A stretch of 64,000 nt of DNA from Anaerolineae bacterium (GTDB taxonomy: Bacteria > Chloroflexota > Anaerolineae > B4-G1 > DUEL01). The translations under genes were made by a program, and so were the position numbers. The notes beneath the pieces are model-generated. The model made no database searches. It was not told where the DNA came from and saw nothing but the letters and a program-made list of their open reading frames with translations. The DNA is taken from positions 1 through 64,000 of the forward strand of contig JBDOIF010000171.1 of NCBI GenBank assembly GCA_041082215.1, given 5' to 3'. Shown here one piece after another: positions 20,240-31,779 of the stretch (its first letter is position 1; each line of letters opens with the position of its first letter).

Positions 20240-22679
20240 GGACGGGCACCTCCGTCGGGGCAGGAATATGGTATATCTTCACGCCATTGGCGTCGTAGAC
20301 CAGCTCCATCAGTTGAGCGAACTTCGCCAGGCCAGCGGCGGGATAGCGGCTCTGCTCCACCGGGCCGATGTAGACGTACCTTATACCATACCGTTCGAGG
20401 AGCGTCAAGGCCTCTGTTGGACTGGTCGTCGCATAGAGCTGCTCGATGTCCGGCTCCCGTCGGGCTGGCTCGTCGTAGTTCCCCCGCCACTGGTGCTCGT
20501 GCCCCCCCCACCCCAGCACCGTCGGCAGGCCGGTGAAGGCAGAGACCCGGCCTTCATAGGCGTAGGCCCGGTAGTGGTCGGCCGGGGCCTCCAGGATGAC
20601 CGGCGTTCCCTCCACGTTTTCGTTCAGCCAGGCGATGGCGGCGAAATCAGGGGCCTGGGTCTGGTAGAGGTATGCCGCACCGTCCAATGTGGGGGGGCTG
20701 TCGTACTCCCGGGCACGGGCCGGGATCGCCAGCGCCGGATAGACCAGGCCACCGCCGACCAGCAGCAGCGCCGTCGCTACCGCCCATAACCGTCCCTCCT
20801 TCAGCAGCCGCGCCAGCCCATACGCCCCTCCGATCCCCCAGAGCACCCAGGCCTGGAAGTAGAACTTGAAGACGGTGTTCATCCGCGTGCCGAACACGTC
20901 CCGCAGGTAGACAAACTCCACCGCCAGAGTGAGCAGGGCGCCGGTGATGACCAGCAGCAGAGCACAGGTGGCTTCGGGCTGCAGGGCTTCGGATTTCGTG
21001 CCTTCCGAACCGGAAACCTGAAACCTCATAAGGATCAGGAGCGCCGTGGTGAGCAGTGCGGCCAGCGCCAGGGGGGTCCAGGGAGAAAGCAGCCGCTCCC
21101 ACAGCCGGGCGACGATCAACCCGGGCGCGTCGGGGATATGTTCCAGGCCGGGGATCGGCCCCCCGGTCTTCCAGGCCGCCAGGTACTGGCGCCCCTGGGG
21201 GGAAAGCAGCCCGGCCAGCAGGAGGAAGAGGAGCAACCCGCCCAGCACCACCACCACCCAGTAGGCCACATCCCCTGCCCGTACCCGCAGCCGTCGGGCC
21301 TCCCCCACCACCAGCGCGGCCACCGGAAAGAGCAGCGGCCCGAACATCACCAGGAAATGGGGCAGCCGGGTGGAGTTGAAGAGGTTGGGAGCGATGCCGG
21401 AAGCCTGGGAGCGGAGGCCCAGCCAGAAGGGAAGGTAGAGCAAGATGGCAAGAAGCAAGACTGCAAGAGGCAAGATGGCAGGAGACGGGCTGGCTTTGCG
21501 CCACTCCAGGCCGACCGCGAGGAGGAGGGCGGCGACGAAAACGGCGAAATAGACCGGCAGGTCCCAGGTGTTCAGAAAGCCCAGCCCGCCCAGGCAGAGG
21601 GCGCAGAGGAGAAGCTCCCACCAGGGAAGGGGGATGGAAAGCGTCAGACGGGAGGCGTCAGACGTCAGGCGGCGCGTGTTGAGAAGAAGATTGAGGGCCA
21701 GGGCCAGGGCCAGCAGGACGAAGGGAAGGCTCAGGAGATGGGGATGCATGTCGCCCAGGATGAAGGAGAAGGCCGGGAATTCGTCAATGACCTCCCACTC
21801 GGCCGGGTTGGCAGGGGTATGCCATGGGGCGTAATCGTGGAGGACACGGGAGGCCTGCCACCACCAGACGAAGCGGGTGGGCACCCACGAGCCTTCGGTA
21901 AAGGACGGCGGAGGGACGTTGATGGAGCGGATGTCCAGCCACCGCCAGAAGGAAGCCGGAAACAGCCCCCGGGCATGAAAGACCTCCAGCAGCCCCTCCA
22001 GATTGCCCGTCAGCGCCACCAGGAGCGGCCCCAGCAGCCCCCCCCAGGTCGCCGACCGCTCCCCCTGCCGGGCCAGGAGGGCGTAGAGAAGACCGTAGGC
22101 TCCGGTACAGGTGAGGGCGAAAAGGGTGGCGATCCCCATGTTGAAGCCTGTGGTGGAGGGGACCGCCGAGAGCCGGATGAGCATCCCCATCATCACGTAG
22201 CCGAAGTAGTAGTAAGAGATGGCAAAGCCGGAGAGCCAGGGATCGTGGGGTGGAAAGCGGGGGGCGCGGAGGACAGCGTTGAGAAACGCGATCTCCATCC
22301 ACTTTTCCCCCCCGGCGGTCTCGATGCGGGGCATATGGGCACGGACCAGACACCAGACCCCGAAGGCCAGGGCAAAGAGAAGCTCCACAGCAAGGACATG
22401 CTGCCAGGGGAGAGGGGAGGGGTCATCGGAGGGGCGAAGCCAGAGAAAAGCCCCGCAGACGGCCATCAGTCCCAGCACCGCCATGACTGCCCCCGGCGTG
22501 TTGGGCAGCCAGCCGAAGGTGAGAAAGAGCCAGAAAGCCCATCCGCCCACCAGCAGCCCCAGCGGACGGGCGAAACCGTATCCCCGGCCGGGCAGGTGGC
22601 GGAAGAGGCGAAGCGTCAATGGCAGCGCCGCCAGGCCGAAGAGCTGGATTGCCAGGTACCAATGAAAGACGGGAAGCAT
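20199..22679 (-). CDS. DUF2298 (Chlor_Arch_YYY) membrane protein
   Basis: EKWME, PPHDPWL, ISYYYFGY, EFPAFSFILGDMHPH, NTWD, RMNTVFKFY, TGLPTVLGW. Confidence 0.9.
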   Translation of the reverse strand: MLPVFHWYLAIQLFGLAALPLTLRLFRHLPGRGYGFARPLGLLVGGWAFWLFLTFGWLPNTPGAVMAVLGLMAVCGAFLWLRPSDDPSPLPWQHVLAVELLFALAFGVWCLVRAHMPRIETAGGEKWMEIAFLNAVLRAPRFPPHDPWLSGFAISYYYFGYVMMGMLIRLSAVPSTTGFNMGIATLFALTCTGAYGLLYALLARQGERSATWGGLLGPLLVALTGNLEGLLEVFHARGLFPASFWRWLDIRSINVPPPSFTEGSWVPTRFVWWWQASRVLHDYAPWHTPANPAEWEVIDEFPAFSFILGDMHPHLLSLPFVLLALALALNLLLNTRRLTSDASRLTLSIPLPWWELLLCALCLGGLGFLNTWDLPVYFAVFVAALLLAVGLEWRKASPSPAILPLAVLLLAILLYLPFWLGLRSQASGIAPNLFNSTRLPHFLVMFGPLLFPVAALVVGEARRLRVRAGDVAYWVVVVLGGLLLFLLLAGLLSPQGRQYLAAWKTGGPIPGLEHIPDAPGLIVARLWERLLSPWTPLALAALLTTALLILMRFQVSGSEGTKSEALQPEATCALLLVITGALLTLAVEFVYLRDVFGTRMNTVFKFYFQAWVLWGIGGAYGLARLLKEGRLWAVATALLLVGGGLVYPALAIPARAREYDSPPTLDGAAYLYQTQAPDFAAIAWLNENVEGTPVILEAPADHYRAYAYEGRVSAFTGLPTVLGWGGHEHQWRGNYDEPARREPDIEQLYATTSPTEALTLLERYGIRYVYIGPVEQSRYPAAGLAKFAQLMELVYDANGVKIYHIPAPTEVPVRAPKRPEPGEPIP

Positions 22680-22691
22680 TCTCTGGCAGCT

Positions 22692-22768
22692 CGTCAGTGG
22701 TTACTGGTCACTGGTGACGGATGACGTATGACGAATGACCCGTTACAGTCGCTCGTTGCCCGTCACCG
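22692..22768. repeat. Degenerate 7-nt tandem array with internal inversion
   Basis: CGTCAGT GGTTACT GGTCACT | GGTGACG GATGACG TATGACG AATGACC | CGTTACA ... Confidence 0.6.
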
Positions 22769-22771
22769 GTA

Positions 22772-24286
22772 TCAGGTAGCTGAGGATAGGAGGGAGGACT
22801 CCGCAGCCTCCAGCCGGGCCAGCACTTCCTCCTTTCCCAGGATGCTCAACGTTCCGAAGAGAGGCGGGGAGACGTCCTTGCCGGTAGTTGCCCAGCGGAT
22901 GAGGCCAAAGACCTGCCGGTTCTTCAGCCCCAGCTCCTCTACCAGCCCCCGCAGGGCCTGCTCCACGGCCTCCTCACCGAAATCCATAAGCGGGGCCAGG
23001 ACCTCCCGTGCCCGCCGCAGGATCTCCAGCGTCCTTTCCCGCCCCAGCTCCTTCACCACCAGCACCTCCGCAGGCGGAGGCGCGATCTCGACGAAGAAGA
23101 AGTCGGTCCATTCCACCACGTCGCTCAGATGCCTCAGCCGCTCCTGGATCAACGGCACAATCCGCGCCAGCTTCGCCCGCACGTCCTCCAGACAGGGAGC
23201 CGGCACCAGCCCTGCCCGCTGCCAGAAGGGAAGCAGCCGCTCCAGCAGCTCCTCCGGAGGGAGGCTGCGGATATAGACCCCGTTCATCCAGTCCAGCTTA
23301 TCATAGGAGAAAGCGGCCGGCGCCCGGTTGACCCGGAAGAGGTCGAACCGCTCGATCAGCTCCTCCCGGCTGAAGATTTCCCGATCCTCTCCCTCCCCCG
23401 GCGCCCATCCCAGGAGGGCCAGGAAGTTGAAGAGAGCCTCCGGCAGGTAGCCCTGAGCGCGGAACTCGGTGATAGAAGTGGCCCCTGCCCGCTTGGCCAG
23501 CTTCTTCCCCCCGGGCATCGTCACCAGCGGCACGTGGCAATAGATGGGCGGCTCCCATCCCATCGCCTGATAGATGAGAAGCCGTTTGGGGGTACTGGGG
23601 ATCCAGTCGTCCCCCCGGATGATGTGGGTGATCTTCATATAATGGTCGTCCACCACCACCGCCAGGTGGTAGGTCGGGTAGCCGTCCGACTTCAGGAGGA
23701 TCTGGTCGTCTAGGCTGGCGTTGTCGAAGACCACATCCCCTCGCAGGGCGTCGTGGACCACGGTCTGGCCCGTCAGGGGGACCCTGAGCCGGATGACGTG
23801 GGGCTCGTCGGGGGAGACGGCCCCCGGCGGGAGGTCGCGGCAGTGGCGGTCGTACATCACCGGGAGCTTCTGCGCCCGCTGCATCCGGCGCACCTCCTCC
23901 AGCCGCTCCGGCGTGCAGTTGCAGCGATAGGCCCATCCCCGCTCGATCAGCTCCTCCGCCACCTGCCGGTACAACGCCAGCCGTTCGGACTGGATGTACG
24001 GCCCATACGGCCCACCGACGGCATATTTCTCCGCTTCCGCCACGCCGGAACGCTTCAGCTCCTCCAGCCCCGGCCCCTCATCCCAATCCAGCCCCAGCCA
24101 GCGCATCCCCTCCATAATCACGGCGATCGAACCGGGTTTGTACCGGGTCCGGTCGGTATCCTCGATACGCAGGATAAACTGCCCCCCCATCCTGCGGGCA
24201 AACAGCCAGTTAAAGACCACCGTCCGCACGTTGCCGATGTGCGGATCGCCGGTGGGACTGGGGGCAAAACGGACACGGACCGTCAT
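22772..24286 (-). CDS. gltX: Glutamate--tRNA ligase
   Basis: RFAPSPTG, HIGN, LRIEDTD, IRGDDW, KLAKR. Confidence 0.97.
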   Translation of the reverse strand: MTVRVRFAPSPTGDPHIGNVRTVVFNWLFARRMGGQFILRIEDTDRTRYKPGSIAVIMEGMRWLGLDWDEGPGLEELKRSGVAEAEKYAVGGPYGPYIQSERLALYRQVAEELIERGWAYRCNCTPERLEEVRRMQRAQKLPVMYDRHCRDLPPGAVSPDEPHVIRLRVPLTGQTVVHDALRGDVVFDNASLDDQILLKSDGYPTYHLAVVVDDHYMKITHIIRGDDWIPSTPKRLLIYQAMGWEPPIYCHVPLVTMPGGKKLAKRAGATSITEFRAQGYLPEALFNFLALLGWAPGEGEDREIFSREELIERFDLFRVNRAPAAFSYDKLDWMNGVYIRSLPPEELLERLLPFWQRAGLVPAPCLEDVRAKLARIVPLIQERLRHLSDVVEWTDFFFVEIAPPPAEVLVVKELGRERTLEILRRAREVLAPLMDFGEEAVEQALRGLVEELGLKNRQVFGLIRWATTGKDVSPPLFGTLSILGKEEVLARLEAAESSLLSSAT

Positions 24287-25992
<1,706 letters not shown>

Positions 25993-25996
<4 letters not shown>

Positions 25997-27063
25997 ATTC
26001 GCAACCCTCCCAGATCATCAGGGCAACCGGCAGGTCGCCCCTGCTCTGCCTCTTCCAGCTCCCACCGCCGCTGCTGATCGAACGTCGGGTGGGGGCGGAA
26101 GGGACGGGCCACCTCTTCGGGCCGGACGTTCCCCACCACCTGGATGCGATCCGCGTCCATCACCCCCAGCCCCATCCGATGGCAATAGTGGAGATAGCCC
26201 ACCGTCTCCGGATCGAACCCCATCAGCCGGGCCGTCGTCCCGTCCACCGCCAGGGGATCGGTCCCGGCCAGCGCGATCTGCCAGGGGACGGGGGTGCCCT
26301 GTCCTGGCCCCTCTCCCTCCATCCCCACCCAGCCGTCCACCACTGCCAGGTGGGGCCAGACGCGGGGGGCCACCAGCGCCAGGTTGAGGTTGATGACCGG
26401 TATCCCCTGGTGCATCGCCATCTTCTGCGAGCCATCCGGCCCGCCCAGCAGCCCCCCTTTCACCCGCTCTGCCAGGGCGGAGCGGCGGACTCCCTCCGGC
26501 GCGAGGCGGCCCAGCCGCCGCAGCGCCTGCTGCATCGGCCCGCCGGAGCCGCCCCGGGCGACAGGGGGGTTCACCAGCGCCCCCATCACGATGTTCTTGA
26601 TGGAAAGGGTCACAATCACCGTATCGTGGGTCTTGGGCGGGCAGACGGAAACGCGGAAATCCGCCTCCGCCACCGTGCGGGCCAGCCGGAGCCGCATCGG
26701 CCGCAGCCGCCGGTCGCGGACCACCACCTCTACCGTCTCGTCCCCGTTCAGGTCGCGCAGCTCAACCCCATACTCATCCACCAGCGGCTCGTAGCCGTAG
26801 TTGCGGAATCCCTCCCAGGTCGGCTCCATAGCCGACCCCTCCGCCACCACCACCGGGCCGCCGTACCGCGCCCGCAGGAAGTCGAGCACTGCCCGCACGG
26901 CGTCCACGTGGGTGGCGGCCAGGGGCCGCCGGGTGGAGACGAAGTTGGGCTTGACCAGCACCTGCCGGACCCCCGAAAGGTCCACCTGGTCGGCGACCGC
27001 CTCCAGCGCCGCTGCCACCGTCTCCCGACGGCTCGCCCCCCGCATCAGCCCCACTTTCACCAT
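25993..27063 (-). CDS. DUF362 domain protein
   Basis: VLVKPN, VAEGS, PKTH, TLSIKN, VVDG..GMEGEGP, DPLAVD. Confidence 0.85.
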
Positions 27064-27073
27064 ATCCGTAGTT

Positions 27074-28204
27074 TCACTTCTCCTTGCTCCGCATCGCCAC
27101 CCCTTCCACCAGCCCCAGGGCGGTCATTGAGGTGATAAGGGCAGTGCCGCCGTAGCTGATGAAGGGGAGCGGCAGGCCGGTGACCGGCAGCAGGCCGATG
27201 TTCATCCCTACATTGATGACCAGCGGGAAGAAAATGACCGCCCCTGCCCCGACCGCCAGAAGCCGCCCGAACCGGTCCGGTGCCAGCACCGCCGCCCGCA
27301 ACACCCGCCAGCCCAGAAGGACGAAGAGGAAAAGGACCAGAGCCGCGCCGATGAACCCCAGCTCCTCTCCCACCACGGAGAAGATGAAGTCGGTGTGACG
27401 GACGCGGAGGAAGTGGAGCTGACTCTGGCTCCCCACCCCGTACCCCTGCCCCCACAGCCCGCCGGAGCCGATGGAGATCAGCGCCTGATGGATATTATAG
27501 AGCGCCCCCGGATCGCGGGAGGGGTTCAGGAAGGTAAGCACCCGCTCCCGCTGGTAGGGCTTCATCACCTCCCACAGAGGAATGAGGGCGGCCAGGCCGA
27601 TCAGCCCGGTGCCCAGAAGATAGGCCAGCCTTACCCCGGAGACGAAGGCGACGACCGCCCAGATCACCAGATAGATCATCGCCGTGCTCAGGTCCGGCTC
27701 CCGGAAGACCAGAGCTGCCAGGATCAGGGAAAGCAGGCCCGAGAGCAGGTATCGCACCAATCCGGGCCGCTCGGGAACCGGCTCCCCTTCCATCCTGAGC
27801 CGTCGTTCCCTCCGCGGTCGGGCGTCCAGGATGGCAGCCACCGCCACCACGTGCAGGAGCATCGCCGGGAAGGAGGGCTGGAAGCGGAAGTTGCCGATGT
27901 AAAACCAGCGGCGCACGTCGCCGATCTCGCTTTGCCCCAGAAGGAGGACGAGCACCAGAAGTCCAACCGCCAGCAGGTAGCCCAACCACCAGACGGAGCG
28001 GAACCAAGTGTAGGGGACGAAGGCGGCCAGCAGGAAAAGGACCAGCCCGAGGACGGCATAATTGGCCTGCCGTCGCCACAGGTCGGCCAGGTCCTCCGTG
28101 CCCAGGTTGGCGCTGCGGATCATCGCCACCCCCAGGGCAACCAGAAGCACCAAGACGGCCAGCAGGATGAAATCAAACCTTCTCCAGACCTGGGTCCTGT
28201 ACAC
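27074..28204 (-). CDS. rodA: SEDS family peptidoglycan polymerase (RodA/FtsW)
   Basis: RRWF, FQPS, EPDLST, IGSGG, HTDFIFS, TGLPLPFISYGG; follows minE. Confidence 0.85.
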   Translation of the reverse strand: MYRTQVWRRFDFILLAVLVLLVALGVAMIRSANLGTEDLADLWRRQANYAVLGLVLFLLAAFVPYTWFRSVWWLGYLLAVGLLVLVLLLGQSEIGDVRRWFYIGNFRFQPSFPAMLLHVVAVAAILDARPRRERRLRMEGEPVPERPGLVRYLLSGLLSLILAALVFREPDLSTAMIYLVIWAVVAFVSGVRLAYLLGTGLIGLAALIPLWEVMKPYQRERVLTFLNPSRDPGALYNIHQALISIGSGGLWGQGYGVGSQSQLHFLRVRHTDFIFSVVGEELGFIGAALVLFLFVLLGWRVLRAAVLAPDRFGRLLAVGAGAVIFFPLVINVGMNIGLLPVTGLPLPFISYGGTALITSMTALGLVEGVAMRSKEK

Positions 28205-28235
28205 CAGCCTACCCCATCACAATCACAAGATTCTC

Positions 28236-28295
28236 ACCATGGAGACACGGGAGGTGCAGAGAATTCTCTCTCCGCGTTCTCCGTGTCTCCCTGGT
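28236..28295. repeat. Palindromic 9-nt-unit repeat (CACGGAG family)
   Basis: ACCATGGAGACACGGGAGGTGCAGAGA ... CTCTCCGCGTTCTCCGTGTCTCCCTGGT. Confidence 0.65.
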
Positions 28296-28300
28296 TTCTT

Positions 28301-28552
28301 TCACCGGCGCCGCTGCTGGGTCCGCAGGGGAATATCGGCCACCAGCCGGCTCACCCGGGGCCCCTCGGTGAAAGTGACCTCCACCCCATCGGGGTCTATG
28401 GGCACGTGGCGGGAGATGACGGCGATGATCTCGTCTTTGAGTGTATCCAGCAGCCCGGGGGAGATATTCGCCCGGTCGTGGGCCAGTACGAGTCGAAGCC
28501 GCTCACGAGCGACCTCACCGGTAGAAGGTTGACGACGACGGAAGAACCTCAT
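28301..28552 (-). CDS. minE: Cell division topological specificity factor
   Basis: ARERLRLVLAHDR...LKDEIIAVISRHV...ADIP. Confidence 0.95.
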   Translation of the reverse strand: MRFFRRRQPSTGEVARERLRLVLAHDRANISPGLLDTLKDEIIAVISRHVPIDPDGVEVTFTEGPRVSRLVADIPLRTQQRRR

Positions 28553-29355
28553 TGTCCCTCTCCCTCCGAACGAACGAATCGCACAAGCCGCTCGAAAAAG
28601 CCGGGTTCTTTCAGCGGCATAAAGGGCACATCCTCACCCATCAACCGACGGGCGATGTTGTGAAAGGCGCGGGCAGCCAGGTTGTTATCGGAGAAGGCCA
28701 CCGGCCGTCCGGTGTTGGCCGCTGTGATCACCGCCTCATCCTCCGGCACGATCCCGATGAGGTCCACAGCCAGAAGCTCCACCACCGCCGCCGTGTCCAT
28801 CATATCCCCTCGACGGACCATATCCGGTTTGATGCGGTTGATGATCAGGCGGGCTGGCCCCTTTTCCTCCGCCTCGATCAGCCCGATCACCCGGTCGGCA
28901 TCCCGTACCGCCGCCACCTCGGGGTTGGTGACGATGAGCACCTCATCGGCAGGGGCGACAGCGTTGCGGAACCCCTGCTCGATCCCGGCCGGGGAGTCCA
29001 CCAGCAGAAAGTCGAAGGACGGCCGCATCTCATCGCAGATGCGGACCATATCCTCCGCGCTGACGGCGGTCTTATCCCGGCTCTGGGCAGCAGGGAGAAG
29101 GTAAAGCTCCGAGAGCCGCTTATCCCGGACCAGGGCCTGTCGGAGCCGGCAGCGGCCCTCCACCACATCCACCAGGTCGTAGACGATCCGGTTTTCCAGC
29201 CCCAGCATCACGTCCAGGTTGCGCAGGCCGATGTCGGCGTCTATCACCACAACCCGCTGGCCGCGGGTGGCCAGGGCCACTCCCAGATTAGCGGTCACCG
29301 TGGTCTTTCCGACGCCTCCCTTGCCTGAAGTAACGGTCAACACCCTCCCTGCCAT
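28549..29355 (-). CDS. minD: Septum site-determining ATPase
   Basis: SGKGGVGKTT, DADIGLRNLD, DSPAGIEQG, VRDADR. Confidence 0.97.
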   Translation of the reverse strand: MAGRVLTVTSGKGGVGKTTVTANLGVALATRGQRVVVIDADIGLRNLDVMLGLENRIVYDLVDVVEGRCRLRQALVRDKRLSELYLLPAAQSRDKTAVSAEDMVRICDEMRPSFDFLLVDSPAGIEQGFRNAVAPADEVLIVTNPEVAAVRDADRVIGLIEAEEKGPARLIINRIKPDMVRRGDMMDTAAVVELLAVDLIGIVPEDEAVITAANTGRPVAFSDNNLAARAFHNIARRLMGEDVPFMPLKEPGFFERLVRFVRSEGEGQ

Positions 29356-29365
29356 AGGACCTCCC

Positions 29366-30043
29366 TCACCTGCTGCGCCAGGGCACTGCCTCGATCTGCC
29401 CGTCCCTGAGACGGGCCATCTCCGGCACAGGCCGATGCCGCTTCCCCTCGGGGGAACGGGCGACGTACCCGGCGATGCGAAGCTGCGTAGGGGTCAGGTC
29501 CAGCGCACAGACCACTGCCTCCTCGTCCCCCATCGCGCCGGCGTGGACCATTCCCTCCAGCCGGCCCCAGATGAGCACATTCCCTCCTGCCACAACCTCC
29601 GCCCCGGCGTGCACGTCGCCGATGATGACAACATCGCCGGGGTGTTCGACCCGCTGGCCGGAGCGGAGCGTCCGCCTGAGCACCAGCCCCCCTGCCGGCA
29701 GCAGCTCTCCGGCCTCCTCCCCGGCAGCAGGTTGCCTCTCTCCCAGTTCCAGGCCTGGCGCCAGGCCCGAACGGACAGCAGCCAGAATGGTGGCATCGCA
29801 GGTGCTCGTAATGGCCCACAGTTCCACCCCGTAGCGGGCCAGCAGGTCCCGAACTTCCTGGATCTCTCCTTCATCCAGCTCCCGCCCGCCCACGTCCAGG
29901 GCCGCACGCCCACCGTGGAAGAAGGATGCCCCTGCTTCCAGCCGTCGGGCAAGCCGGGCCATCCACTCCTCCCAGGGTCCCTCCCCCAGCACAATCAACA
30001 GACCCTGGCGGATCCCCTTGACGACGAGCCCATTCGTCACCAT
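29366..30043 (-). CDS. minC: Septum site-determining protein
   Basis: LRSGQ, GDVHAGAEVVAGG, VHAG, PTQLRIA. Confidence 0.95.
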   Translation of the reverse strand: MVTNGLVVKGIRQGLLIVLGEGPWEEWMARLARRLEAGASFFHGGRAALDVGGRELDEGEIQEVRDLLARYGVELWAITSTCDATILAAVRSGLAPGLELGERQPAAGEEAGELLPAGGLVLRRTLRSGQRVEHPGDVVIIGDVHAGAEVVAGGNVLIWGRLEGMVHAGAMGDEEAVVCALDLTPTQLRIAGYVARSPEGKRHRPVPEMARLRDGQIEAVPWRSR

Positions 30044-30252
30044 TCCGCCCTATCGGCGTTGATTATAGCATATATCCCTTATCTTTGCACTCTGTCCAAT
30101 CCGGTTTCGTAGCTACCTGCCCTCCCGGCAACTGCTCTTCCGCCTGCGCTACAGATGAGGTCCTTTAGGTAATTACCCAGTTTCGCATTATAATGGGTAA
30201 CCTCTCTTAACCCTGCGCGAACCACAGGCTTTTATCAAGGAGAGAAGAAACC

Positions 30253-31614
30253 ATGAACCAGCACGGCGAGAAGCTTTCCCTCTGGACCAAGGTCGCTTAT
30301 GCGATCGGGGACCTTTCTAACTCGGTGGGACCGGGCACGGTCGTGCCGTTCTGGTATCTGTTCTTCCTCACCGATGTGGCCCACCTCAACCCGGCCCTGG
30401 CCGGACTGACGGTGCTGGTGGGGGGCATCTGGGACGCCGTCAACGACCCGCTGTTCGGGTTGCTATCCGACCGCACCCGCAGCCGTTGGGGCCGACGCAG
30501 GCCCTACCTCCTCTTCGGCGCCCTGCCCTACGGCCTCACCTTCTTCCTGCTGTGGATCGTCCCCCCGATCCAGAACCAGGCGCTCCTGTGTCTCTACTTC
30601 GCACTGGTCTACATCCTGTACGACACCGCCGTCACCCTTGTGGGCTGTCCCTACGCAGCGCTGACCCCCGAGCTGACCCTCGATCACGACGAGCGCACCT
30701 CCCTCACCACCTACCGGATGTTCGTTTCCATCGTCACCGGCCTGATGGCAGCGGTCGGGTTTGCGCTGATCCTCGACGCGGCGCCAGACCAGAGGGCCGC
30801 CTTTCAGATGATGGGCCTGGCCTGCGCCGCCGTCTTCGTCCCCACCATCCTGATCGCCTTCGTCGGCACCCGCGAACGGGCCGAGTTTCAGGCCCAACCG
30901 GCCCCCCCGCCCCTGGAGGGGCTACGTTTTGTGGTCCGCAACAGAGCCTGGTGGTACACCCTCTGGATGAGCCTCCTGAGCTGGATGCCGGTGGATATCG
31001 CCTCGGCGGTATTCGCTTACTTCCTGCTCTACTGGCTCAGAATGGAGGTTATGGAGGCCTCGCTGGTGCAGGCCGTCATCCTGACCAGTGCCACCCTCTG
31101 CCTGCCACTTGTTTCCTGGATGTCGCGCCGCTGGGAAAAGAAGACCGCCTTCATCGTCTCGATGGCTTCATGGGCGGCGGTCATGCTGGGGCTGTTCTTC
31201 CTGCCTCAGGGGGCCAGGAGCCTGGGCTATCTGGCCGCAGTCCTGGTAGGTCTGGGGGTCTCCGCTGCCCATGTCCTGCCAACGGCGATGAGCGCCGATG
31301 TGGTTGACGTGGACGAACTGGTCAGCGGGAAGAGACAGGAAGGCATCTACGCCGGGTTCTCTGTCTTTGTGCGCAAGCTCTCAACCAAACTGGTCCTGGC
31401 CGCGATCGGACCGGTGCTGGCCTGGTCGGGCTACGTGGAAAATGCCCCCCAGCAAACGCCGCAGGCGCTGACCGCGATCCGCCTGCTCATCGCCGTCGTA
31501 CCGGCGGTCATCCTGATCGCCGCTATCTTCGTTGCCTGGGCCTATCCCCTCACCCGTGCCCAGCACCAGGAGGTCCAGGCGATGCTGGCCCAGCGCCGGG
31601 CCGCCGGAAGGTGA
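30253..31614 (+). CDS. MFS transporter, glycoside-pentoside-hexuronide (MelB-like) family
   Basis: WDAVNDPLFG..SDRTRSRWGRRRPY, ERTSL..YR, GKRQEGIY; multiple TM helices. Confidence 0.9.
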   Translation: MNQHGEKLSLWTKVAYAIGDLSNSVGPGTVVPFWYLFFLTDVAHLNPALAGLTVLVGGIWDAVNDPLFGLLSDRTRSRWGRRRPYLLFGALPYGLTFFLLWIVPPIQNQALLCLYFALVYILYDTAVTLVGCPYAALTPELTLDHDERTSLTTYRMFVSIVTGLMAAVGFALILDAAPDQRAAFQMMGLACAAVFVPTILIAFVGTRERAEFQAQPAPPPLEGLRFVVRNRAWWYTLWMSLLSWMPVDIASAVFAYFLLYWLRMEVMEASLVQAVILTSATLCLPLVSWMSRRWEKKTAFIVSMASWAAVMLGLFFLPQGARSLGYLAAVLVGLGVSAAHVLPTAMSADVVDVDELVSGKRQEGIYAGFSVFVRKLSTKLVLAAIGPVLAWSGYVENAPQQTPQALTAIRLLIAVVPAVILIAAIFVAWAYPLTRAQHQEVQAMLAQRRAAGR

Positions 31615-31679
31615 TCCCTCCGGCTCCAGGCATCGCCAGGCCGGGCATATTTCAATTTCGGGGCAAGTGGTCCTCTCGC

Positions 31680-31779
31680 CCGCCAGTGGATCGCGAATCC
31701 CACGAATGGCCCGAACACCGCGAGCAGGAGGGATCCCTGCCCCATTCGCGGTATTCGTTTCCACTCGCTCCATTGGTGG
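31680..31779. repeat. Palindromic 9-nt-unit repeat (CGAAT/ATTCG family) between convergent genes
   Basis: ATCGCGAAT CCCACGAAT GGCCCGAAC ... CCATTCGCG GTATTCGTT TCCACTCGC; outer arms CCGCCAGTGGA / TCCATTGGTGG. Confidence 0.6.
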
